From: Blastocystis sp. subtype 4
Lineage: Eukaryota
Length of the DNA stretch: 37,846 bases
Direction of reading: 5' to 3'
Assembly: GCF_000743755.1 (NCBI RefSeq)
Contig: NW_014569474.1
Location: forward strand, 1 to 37,846
The notes beneath the pieces are model-generated. The model had not been told where the DNA came from. It did no database searches and saw only the letters and a program-made list of their open reading frames with translations. Positions 1-9,543 of the stretch are shown piece after piece. The stretch's first letter is position 1. Every line of letters starts with the position of its first letter. The translations under genes and the position numbers were made by a program.

Positions 1-217
1 CGCTTGCAGCGGAGACCATACTCTCCACAAATACGAAGCTCCTGATCCAGACGCTCGCGTTCATAAGGACGACGGGGAGTACTGAAAGTAAGACGATCTA
101 ATAGGAGATTAGAAACGGTTGCAATACAACAAAAGTCATTCACACAAATACAAAACGAGTGAAAGAATATTCAGTATCACAACACTTACAGTTTCTGTGA
201 TGGGCACAAGTAACCAT
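1..217 (-). CDS. RPS9: 40S ribosomal protein S9 (uS4), 5' part; gene runs off the window start
   Basis: ATG at 217, exon 217-190, 92-nt GT-AG intron 189-98. Spliced translation [41 protein letters not shown] matches the uS4 N-terminal motif TPRRP(Y/F)E..RLD.EL...GEYGLR.K. Confidence 0.95.
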
Positions 218-362
218 GTTCGAGACTCTATTTGCAGAGAAAGCGATTGAACACGGTCGAATCTAGAATTGAGAATATATAGGAATTATCACAATACTCT
301 CTTGCAGCCGTGTTCTTTCCTATTGCTAATACTCAGAAACTTTCCATTGCTGGTTATTTGGA
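218..362. promoter_or_regulatory. Probable bidirectional promoter shared by RPS9 and RPL9
   Basis: 145 nt separate the divergent start codons of two ribosomal protein genes. Positional inference only. Confidence 0.55.
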
Positions 363-1005
363 ATGAAGATAACTCTTTCTTCTAACCATGTTGAGATTCC
401 CGAAGGAGGTGAGGAGTGTTTTGGGAAAGTGACGACTAGTGGAGGTGTACATCAAGAACCGACGTGTTGTAGTGAAGGGACCTCGTGGAACCCTTCGTCG
501 TGACTTCAGCCACCAGTTCGTCGATATCAAGAAGGAGGGTGACAGAGTTGTTGTCGACCTGTGGTTTGGACTCCACAAGAATATTGCTGTCGTACGTTCG
601 ATCTGCACTCACATCCGCAACATGATCACTGGTGTGACTCACGGATACCGCTACAAGATGCGTTTCGTGTATGCTCACTTCCCCATCAATGTTGCTATCA
701 ACAAGGAAGGAAAGAAGGTGGAGGTGCGTAACTTCCTTGGAGAGAAGAGAGTGCGTCATATTCATATGCTCGAAGGAGTGACTGTGGCCAAGTCTGAGGC
801 TCAGAAGGATGAAATCATTCTTGAGGGAAACGATATCGAAGCTGTGTCCACTTCTGGTAAGTGATGACACTTTGGATAATATTTAGCTGCTCAGATCTAT
901 CAGTCTGTGTTGGTGAGAAACAAGGATATCCGTAAGTTCCTTGATGGTATCTACGTCTCTGATAAGGAGCTGTGTGTCGCCGAGGAGAGCGAAGATGACG
1001 AGTAA
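363..1005 (+). CDS. RPL9: 60S ribosomal protein L9 (uL6)
   Basis: Exons 363-408, 440-856, 887-1005, with introns of 31 and 30 nt. Motifs [46 protein letters not shown] at 1003-1005. Confidence 0.97.
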
Positions 1006-1025
1006 GCAATGGGAAAGTCATGAGG

Positions 1026-1033
1026 TGTTTGTT
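1026..1033 (+). terminator. TGTTTGTT polyadenylation-associated motif (RPL9)
   Basis: Exact TGTTTGTT 20 nt after the RPL9 stop. This is the motif known to lie just downstream of Blastocystis poly(A) sites. Confidence 0.75.
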
Positions 1034-1047
1034 TCAAAGACATTTTT

Positions 1048-1632
1048 ATGACGGCTCGACCTCTCGTTTCCAGTTGTTCTCTTCCACCCATTGTATCTCA
1101 GCACTGTGTTCCTGATACGTAGGTCTCAGGAACAACGAAATGGTATTTCAAACTTGGGGTAACGTCTCTCCAGATTAAACACTTTCCTGATTCCTATTCT
1201 CTATTAGTAATGTCGTTAGAGTCAAATTAAGGCTAGATGAGAGTTCAGTTTTGGGGATGCGATAAGAAACAAATACTATCTCATGAATCCCAAATAAAGC
1301 GTGGAGGTCAGCTGTTCTGCTCGTTTTTCCCAGTTTCGTGTGAGTATGCTGATTTCTGTCACTATTTACTTGATGGACATTATTTATACTTTGAAGTTTG
1401 TGATATGAATACTTTGCAACCTATTGGATTCTTTATTCTCGATACAACCAGAGATGTTGCAATTTATGAAGATGGTGATCGTAAACAAATTACTGCTACT
1501 TTTGTTTCTGAAAATGAGCCATGGAATGATGAATGCTATCTGGATGTGTATGATTTTACAACAGGTGTAATCCTGGGTCAAGTGCATGTTGGGATGTCGA
1601 TAATTCGACAGGTGGACTCATTGAAGACATGA
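1048..1632 (+). CDS. Small (174 aa) protein resembling the N-terminal C2 domain of C2CD3
   Basis: Exons 1048-1092, 1123-1206, 1237-1632, joined in frame by two 30-nt GT-AG introns. Product SLPPIVSGTTKWYFKLGV...MRVQFWG...FPVSCEYADFCHYLLDG..LYFEV....QPIG...LGQVHVGMSI is colinear with the C2CD3 N-terminus as recalled. Confidence 0.7.
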
Positions 1633-1755
1633 TGGTTTTGGGCCAAATACCAAAATGGTTGTTGCTATAGTTCCTATTATTTGATCGATTTCTGTACCAT
1701 TTGTCCGTTTCGTATCTTTGTTGCATACAATTCTTTTAGCATACATCTGTTCCCA

Positions 1756-2621
1756 ATGGATATTAGTACATTGATGGACGGTGTTGGAAATAGCGAAATT
1801 GCTAATTATTGTAGATCAAAGTTGTCGCATTTGACATCGATGGTACTCTTGCAGATGTCGATGATATTCTGAATTTATCTGACAATCATGTCTATAATAT
1901 GGTCCAAACAACGTATCCACGTATCCGATTGTCATCTCCATCGCAGTAGGCTCTTTATTTATTTGAAACGTTATAGAGTGACAGAGAGAATTACGGATGA
2001 TCAGATTCGGTTGCGTCGAAAGCATGTTTCAGTTGGAGGTCTTCGGAAACAACTATATACGGAACTTGCCTGTGACGCTGGGTACTGAAAGAGGTATTAA
2101 ATCACTTCTAGATACTCTAAGGATGTAGGAGAAGTCTTGTACACCCAATGGCAGGAACGTCGCAACAAATATACGTTCTATCCTTCTGCAGTTGAACTAC
2201 TTCACTATCTCCATAATAATGGATATAGAGTCATCGCTATTACTGATGGAACCGCCGACTTCACCTATCATCCAGAAGTCCAAGGAGTTGTGGAGTTGCT
2301 AATCAACCCTCAGAACAGTGATTGTACGAAGAGTTCGGGAACAGCCTATTCGTTTGTACAGCTACCGATTGATTGTGAATCTAGGCACTTCAGAATCTCA
2401 AGGGAATTGCTCCGGAGGAATGTCTGATGGTAGGAGACAATCCTGAAAGTGATATTCGTAATGCTTCGAAGAATGGCTGGAAGACGCTGTGGATTGCTCC
2501 GTAGGATCCAATAGTTGTTTCTAAGTATAGGCAGCAATATAATATCAAAGGAGTAAAACCAGATGGAACAGTTTCGTGTGTGGGTGATTTCTTATCATTG
2601 CTGAAGAGCCGAAGTTTATGA
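1756..2621 (+). CDS. HAD-superfamily hydrolase (subfamily IA-like)
   Basis: Spliced product has motif I VVAFDIDGTL (~1821-1850), motif II IAITDG, motif III K (CTKS) and motif IV MVGDNPESDI..A...GW. Several ~30-nt introns (e.g. 1783-1814, 1946-1976); TGA at 2619-2621. Confidence 0.88.
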
Positions 2622-2667
2622 TTATCGTTTATAGATCTGTTTCTTTCCAAACATGCTATTAAAGAGA

Positions 2668-3351
2668 CTAAGATTGATGATATTCACTGACCAACGCATC
2701 CACATCGGGAAAATCAGTGTCGACAATACACTTCTCAATAACCTTGATTTTCATTAAGCCACAACATTAAATGAACGAAGAGGATATGTAATGAGGGGTT
2801 CTCTAGAGCAGCAGCAACTCTCTCCTTATCATTGATTTGCCGATTGAGGGATTCCTCCGTATTGTGAGATCCCGGAGTTATATACACACGGGATTTTAAC
2901 CTCCTGGGAAGGCACCGATCCAGTTTTACACGAATACACAATCCAATGACGGCTGCTTGTCTATGACTAATTCAAAACATATAAACGAACGTGCAGTTCG
3001 GAATAGTTGGCGTAAAGTAAACAACCACCTTATTATTGTCGTTGTCAACGGAAATGCTAGCTAGCTACAAATCAGAATAATACCAAAATGCTACTTGAAC
3101 TACATTTAGTTGCTCAAGATTCATAGGATATTCAGGATCTTGAATTGTACGTAAGTAACCTAGTACTTCATAGAACGTCTTCTATCAATACTAAACACTT
3201 CCAGAGCGTCAATAGGTTCATCTAAAGACACTTCAGGATTATGAAGCCTGGACTGTCGTCGTATCTGCATTCTCAAATCAACAGAGAGGATTACATTTGA
3301 AATCTTGTACACAATAGGCGCTTTATTTTGGAAAATCGATAAGTCATCCAT
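2668..3351 (-). CDS. CIA2: Cytosolic Fe-S assembly component CIA2/MIP18 (FAM96 family)
   Basis: Spliced motifs [68 protein letters not shown] last exon (VIEKCIVD...QS*) is predicted after a 34-nt intron. Confidence 0.92.
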
Positions 3352-3397
3352 CGAGAACAAATCAATACTAGTTTAGGAAAAAGTAACTGTTTTGATC

Positions 3398-4866
3398 ATG
3401 GGTCAGGAACTATCTTTTCCTTGTTCTTTCAATGATCAACGGAACGGAAGAATCCTTCCTTCCTGGTATCCGTTTTCTTGGCATGTTATTACTAGGTTTA
3501 CACCAGATAATGATTTTAATATGAATGATTACAAAAAGATTAGTCTTTGGATTCATGATACTGGTCTCTTGGATCCTATGTCGTATACCATTTCAGAAAG
3601 GTATCTTTGGTACTTATAGATAACCGAGCATAGGAGGGGCGAATCTGTTATGACGATCATGTTTTCCGTAATTGGTCACCGAATTGAAGCGCTTTGTCCC
3701 ATTTTTGCAAGTGTATGGGCTTGACGAAAAGTATGATGAACAGAAATACAAAAAACAGGTGCTAGACTCGGATGGAGGTATATCTGTTGAATTTGGAAGA
3801 GTAGGAACCGTTGAAATCAGTGAATTATAGTCACTTTTCTATCTGATTATCGAAGATATCGTTTCTCGCTTCACATATTGTCGTGGTCGTCTTGTTTTAT
3901 CTGCTTTACTTCATTCACTATTAGGATATTGAACACGCACGTTGGGAAGTGGTGAAACTCTTACAAGATATGAGTATTACTGCTTCCGTATTTCTTCATA
4001 CAGTCTCTGCTGTGTTTGTGTCCATCTTGTGTTTCAAAAAGTGATGTGAAATTGATGGAAATGATTTGTAGTGTTTCTATTAATAGTTGTGGTGTTAATG
4101 GACTGGCTCGCCTCTATTCGTCAATCTATATAAATCTACTTGACGTAAATGACGATTTACTGTTAACTCTCACAGCCGAAGACACTCTCTTATCAGAAAG
4201 TCATATTGAATGGATTGAATCACATCCAGATTCACAAATGATTGAGTGGTCTTCTCTGTTGACTACAAATTATCCCATCATCGATCTTCCGAATGAATGG
4301 ATGATTCATATTATTAATATATCCGATGAATTAAAATCCATTGGTTCCTTCACATCATGCATTGAATGCATACTTATTAGAGAATCCTCTTGGAACCAAG
4401 TTGGAGTGTATCTTGTATACTCTCCATGATATATGTGACTTTGCACATGGGAAACAAGAGGAGTTACTGATGTGCGGCGAAGACCAGGATCAAGAAAGTA
4501 TAGCTCGTCATATTCTGCAACATCGCGTACTTTACGTTGTTGAATGTTATGTAGGTTTTGCTAAAGCAGTTGACTACTATTGAAGAGGATATGAGTAATG
4601 TCCCTGAACGAGTTTCAGCACTCGAGTTTGTATTATTGGTTTTGTTGAATCCTAGATTCGGAATCTACTGATTGAGTGGCTCACAGTTCATATCCGAGTA
4701 AATGACGTGGCAGTAGAACGTTTCTGTGATCCATAGAAACATTTTTCTCAAACATATGCACCCAAAGTGTATGCAGTCATCGATCATGCTCGTTATTGTC
4801 TCTGTCACGAGAAAGATATCTATCCAGATCGACACATTGTTCCAATAATTCCTGTGCGGAGCAATT
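3398..4866 (+). CDS. Hypothetical protein, tandem paralog A (MGQELS..., possible N-myristoylation); 3' end uncertain
   Basis: Multi-exon ORF chain with ~30-nt introns and clear similarity to the next gene. The end is either TAA at 4846-4848 or a poly(A)-completed T at 4866, depending on the last intron. Confidence 0.7.
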
Positions 4867-4870
4867 TCCA

Positions 4871-4878
4871 TGTTTGTT
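4871..4878 (+). terminator. TGTTTGTT polyadenylation-associated motif (paralog A)
   Basis: Exact motif between paralog A and the ATG of paralog B at 4910. Confidence 0.7.
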
Positions 4879-4909
4879 TTACAACACTTCTTTTGAAGTC
4901 TTTGTAGGA

Positions 4910-6409
4910 ATGGGTCAGGAGATTTCTATTTCGAAGGACTTCAATACTTATCGGAGAGGAGTGCTGTTGCCTTCATGGTTTGACATTGTTGGCTCTCTTA
5001 CTGAAAGGTTTAATACAGATCATGACATCAATGTTCTTGAAGTTCGGAATGTTGTTTCCAGTATTAGGGACCAGAAACTGCTTGATCCACACACTTTTCA
5101 TATTCCACTGTAGGAAATCATTTCCTCTATCTTATTTTAGTGTTTCTGAAGAACAGACAATGTCTGTTGTGTACTCTCTCATTTATCATCGACTTGGAAT
5201 CGTTTGTCCAGAGTTAATTCGGGTTGGAAATTATTGAAATGGATGATTGTAGAAGAATATTCAAGTGGATGAAGATGAATCCATTTCATTCCGAGACTAT
5301 GACACAGCGGGTGAAGAATTGGGGAAAGTATGATAATTGATGGGTTTTGTGACCGTAGTCACTTTATATACTCATTCTCAAGACAATTCCCGAGCTGCTT
5401 GCTTCTGTTTCTGCAAAAATTGTTAGACTTTTGAGCGGATATTTGATTTAGGAACTTCATTCGCAAGCATGTAATCTGGTCACAGTCTTGAATGAGAACA
5501 AAATTACCTCTGGTGTTCTTCTAGAGATTATCAATTCTATTTTTATGGTAATTGCTGCATTTACAGAGTTACTACTCTTTATTAACTCAATTCTAGTGTT
5601 TGCCCTGCGAATTCTGGTATTGCTTGTTTTACTCGCATGTATTGTTATCTTTATGAACTATATTTTGAGTTAAATCGTGAGAATACTAATTCTTGTTTAG
5701 TGTAGTTATTATTGAGGAAGATGAAGATATTACTCTTTCTGAAGTTATGCTTCTCAATCGTACAGAAGCGTGAAATCTCTGATGCAATAGATGAGCCCAT
5801 TCTTGAGTGGACGCCTATTTTGATGAGTACAAATTACGAAGTTCAGGATCAGTTGACACAGTGGTTGATTACATTGATCAATGCTACCTCACATCTTGTT
5901 CATGGGAATCAACTCAAATTGAATATTCGAGATGTGTTATTGTTTGCAAGCGACTATTCTATTACTGGACTTGCCAGAGAAGAAGAAGCCTTTAAAGCAA
6001 CGGACGACAAGAATCGAACTAAACACTATTCTCAACATCAGGTTATGATACTATGATTGAATTAGAGATAGGCATTTCGGGAGAAAATTCAAGCTCTATT
6101 GAAACAAGTGTCTGTTTTTAAATCTCGTGATATTGCAAAAAGGGTATTATCTGCTAGAAATCTAACAAGTAGGCAAATAATCTATTCATTGAATGGCTTA
6201 CGGTTCATGTACGTCTCTCAGATGTAGATTGATTATTGGCTACTTATTTGTAGAGATCTATGGTAGAAAAGTGTATTCCGAAGGAAAAGAAGCGGGAAAA
6301 GACGAACAAGAAACACCTCGTTGAAGAAGAGATTGATGAAAGCGCTGTGTGTAGCTGTACGTATGCAAAAAAATGGCAAAAGATTAAAGAAGAAGAATAC
6401 CCTGTTTGA
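4910..6409 (+). CDS. Hypothetical protein, tandem paralog B (MGQEIS...)
   Basis: MGQEISISKDFNTYRRGVLLPSW aligns with MGQELSFPCSFNDQRNGRILPSW. Shared LLDP and EW..(I/L)...NY blocks and the same first intron position. Last exon ends EEEYPV-TGA at 6407-6409. Confidence 0.72.
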
Positions 6410-6431
6410 AATAAACAGATCCAATATACAA

Positions 6432-7154
6432 CTATTGTTCGGTCTCACAGAGACCTTCATCCACTTGAATTGCTTGGGCAAACTCTTCAAGAAGCTTTCC
6501 ACTTTCGGATTTTAGCCTAGAATTCTCGATCTGTAACTTCGAAATCATACTCTAGCGATCATCAATACCAAGAAATCACCACATTACGTTGAACAATCTC
6601 TTCTCGTAGAGAATGGATTTGAGCTTGTAATTCCTCCTTCTCTCGAATTTCGTTCTAAATAAGATGCAATATAGTCAAATCATACTTCCAGTGTCAAATG
6701 ATCATCCGAAAACATCTGTAAGGCATCGTTGAATTGTTCTATCTCTCCCTATCCTTCAAAGGATATACACGTCAATACTAGATATCCATTTCGTTCTTTT
6801 TGCAATGCTAGAACCTCTTCCTCTTTCTCCTACATCTAAATTCGTCTCAGAAGTCAGCACTCGCAATTTACATCGCAAATCTTCAACTTCCTGTCCTAAA
6901 GAGACGTTCTGCAACTCTTCATTTACAGAATTCTGTTGAAGACCTGAATACTAGAAAGGAGAATCAACTTCCGAAACCTACCACTGTTACCGAATCACGA
7001 TGAAGATTTATAAGTTTTCTATATCAAAATAGTCCAATATCACATACTCTTGATTGGAATCACAAAGATACTTCAATCGAATTGTATTGTCATGAATAGT
7101 TGCTATTAATTCTGATAAGTGATCTAACAATTCTAAACGCTTCGATACACTCAT
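6432..7154 (-). CDS. Hypothetical coiled-coil protein
   Basis: ATG at 7154 (MSVSKRLELLDHLSELI...). Several ~30-nt introns give a heptad-like E/L/Q/K-rich product ending DEGLCETEQ-TAG, followed by TGTTTATT. Confidence 0.6.
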
Positions 7155-7217
7155 CGTTAGAGAAAAATAACGTAAAATAATTACAATTTGAATACATAAT
7201 AGAACCCTCCTGTTCAC

Positions 7218-7225
7218 AACAAACA
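7218..7225 (-). terminator. TGTTTGTT polyadenylation-associated motif (PDI gene)
   Basis: The minus strand reads ...GAG ATT TGA TG TGTTTGTT. Confidence 0.75.
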
Positions 7226-7227
7226 CA

Positions 7228-8344
7228 TCAAATCTCAACCTCTAAGTCATCGTCCAACTCCTCTTCTACAGGAGCATCCTCTCCATCCCAAGGCTGAACT
7301 TCAACGAAAGGAGGAAGCTCTGGAAGCGTTCGAGTACGAGCCGAACCGAGCTGCAGTCCCTGAATGAACACACTCAGATTATGTTCTGTGTAGCTACCAG
7401 TATGAACGGAATAACGGCCCTTGTTACCACTGATCTAAGAGTGAGTTGAAAGAAGAGCCAATACAGCAAGGACTGCAGGATAGCCAAAACCAAGATTCAG
7501 CTTCTGCTCCATATCATATTGCGTACCTCCAACAATCCAACCATACTGGAACAGTCCATTCACTTGCTTATCCGCAACGGCCTTCATAGTAGCAATCATT
7601 TCCTCACGCTGCTTCTTTCCTGCATCACGGATGTCAGGTACAATCAGAAGCATACAAGTAGACTCCTTGCAAGCAGCATCAAACTGAGCTTGGTTGGTAA
7701 TTTCGTTCACTTCCACAGGTTTAGGTGGCTCAGCTTGCTTTTGTGCCTTCCTGGGCTCCTCGGAAGTGTTCTTGGTGTTTGTATTACCATTGTAAGAGCT
7801 ATCAGCCTTTCCAGCAAGACGAGCACGAACCAGATCCTTTGCAGCCTAATTTCAAGCCCTTTACCAAATCCTACAGCGAAAGCAGCCTTACAGAACGACT
7901 TCGCATCACGAGGATTCTGGTAGTCTGCAGGACTTGAAGAAACAGGGTTAAACACCTTAATTGTTGGATAACCTATCTCTCAGTCATTTTCCATATCCAA
8001 TACCCTGGACTCCATATCTAGCAGCTAGACTCTGCTCAACAGTGGAATCAACGGCTCCAAAATGGACAATGCCTCCCATAGCTCCAGCAGCCTTAATCCA
8101 CTCGTCCTTCATAGCCTTACAATGACCACACCAACTACAGATGAATCGAAATCGGAATAACAAACGGTGCAAAGAACTCCACCATCCACACTTCATTACT
8201 CTTCAAGACTAGTTCGTCAAAGTTCTTTTGGGTCAAAATAGTTACAGGTCCATCTTCCTTATAAAATGCAAAGACAGAACTATCCATCACATTATCCTTA
8301 TTCAACTACCAAATCAAGAGAAGGCCTAAAATGGTATATCTCAT
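7228..8344 (-). CDS. Protein disulfide isomerase, PDIA6/P5-like, with a single catalytic domain
   Basis: Signal peptide MRYTILGLLLICSVFA, then VWMVEFFAPWCGHCK and YGVQGYPTIKVF. P5-type C-terminal b domain (LGFGYPAVLA, PWDGEDA) and an acidic tail ending EVEI. Confidence 0.9.
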
Positions 8345-8526
8345 TCTAATATGGTAAATTCTCCGAAAAATGAGTATCTGTCAACAAATGGAAGTTTCTA
8401 GAATTGATAGGAGTTTCATTTCAATGAAACAACATTTTCGGGCACTAATCTTTATATGAATCGAGTTATATCCTTAATTGATACTGCGGATTGATCCTTT
8501 CTTCCAGAATAAACAAAAGCAAACTA

Positions 8527-9442
8527 TCAAATCCATGGGCGCTGAGGAGGTTCTACAAAATGGGTCGGAATTCGAGATCCACGCCCTCGAGGAACTAAAT
8601 ATGCATCCCAAGCCCGTCTGCTTATCATTCCATCACAATATATATACCGAATTGCAATGAGTTTGTTTATATCTGTTTCTGCTCCAAAGTAGTAATCGTG
8701 GTCATTTTCTTCCTTTTCTTCGCTTACATACCTCCTAAACACTCAAGCGATACTATTGTATCTACCATTCGGATTTCTTCTTTGATACTATCACTTCCTT
8801 ATATCCCTCTACCTCTTTCTTACACGTTCGCAGTAAACCCTCTTCAACAGGATCCGTTCCAGATTCTTCCGAATAACCTTGATTTCGTAATTTCTGAATC
8901 CGAATTCGTCGCAACGAATCTACAGACAACAGCAGTTTCTGCAATTCTGTTCTTTGTTTCAAAAGATGTTGGATACGAGTTTCCTTTTCGAATATTGCTT
9001 CCCTCTTCCATTCTTCCTCCTGTTCCTCTTCCATCTGTTGTTCTCTCTCTTTCCTCCACATGTCCAACTGTCTATAAATTAGTCCCATCGATAAACCAAA
9101 CTGATTTCGTTGAATAAGCATGCTTCGGAAGAAGGTTCTCTTTACACGCCCTAGTCGACGTCTCTTTAGCCTCCACCTTCTCTTTCGTTCTGTTCGAAGT
9201 AGTTTATTTAACACATCTGTTCGTTTCGAAGGAGAATTAATGAATTCCATAGATGAATCCAGTTGATCTTTTACCGAATCACAGGAAGCGATGAGAGAAG
9301 AAATTGACTCATTTGAAACAGAAGACAACCCTTCTTCACATCGCCGCCGTAATTCGTTGCATAGTTTTAGTGCATTTAACAGATTCCTCTTTATCTCTGT
9401 TGCCGAAAGTTTCCCTTCGACTTCCTTCTTTTTTCCATTCAT
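8527..9442 (-). CDS. PDCD7: PDCD7 / U11-59K-like minor spliceosome protein
   Basis: Basic coiled-coil (RKRRWRLKRRR, LRRIRIQKL) and C-terminal YYFGAETDINKLIAIRRAWDAYLVP....IPTHFVEPP, matching the PDCD7 C-terminal motif YY.QAE.....LI.IR..WD.YLVP.....P..WV.PP as recalled. Confidence 0.82.
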
Positions 9443-9543
9443 TTTATGACCCCTTATATCACAGTCTAATTGAATACATTAGTAAGTACAATAGAATTAT
9501 CGTATTAAAATCACATTGTGTCATACCATCTGAATACAAACCG

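Noticed and set aside
436..870. 144-aa minus-strand ORF
   Set aside because: Antisense shadow of the codon-biased RPL9 exon.
4665..4871. 68-aa minus-strand ORF between the tandem paralogs
   Set aside because: The region is better explained as the 3' exons of paralog A, and the plus-strand TGTTTGTT follows directly.
6736..6778. Second ATATCCTTT U12-like donor on the minus strand
   Set aside because: It lies inside an ordinary 30-nt GT-AG intron that restores the frame. The AT-AC option leads to a stop.
8478..8660. Short plus-strand ORF (MGAEEVLQNG...)
   Set aside because: Antisense to the conserved last exons of PDCD7.
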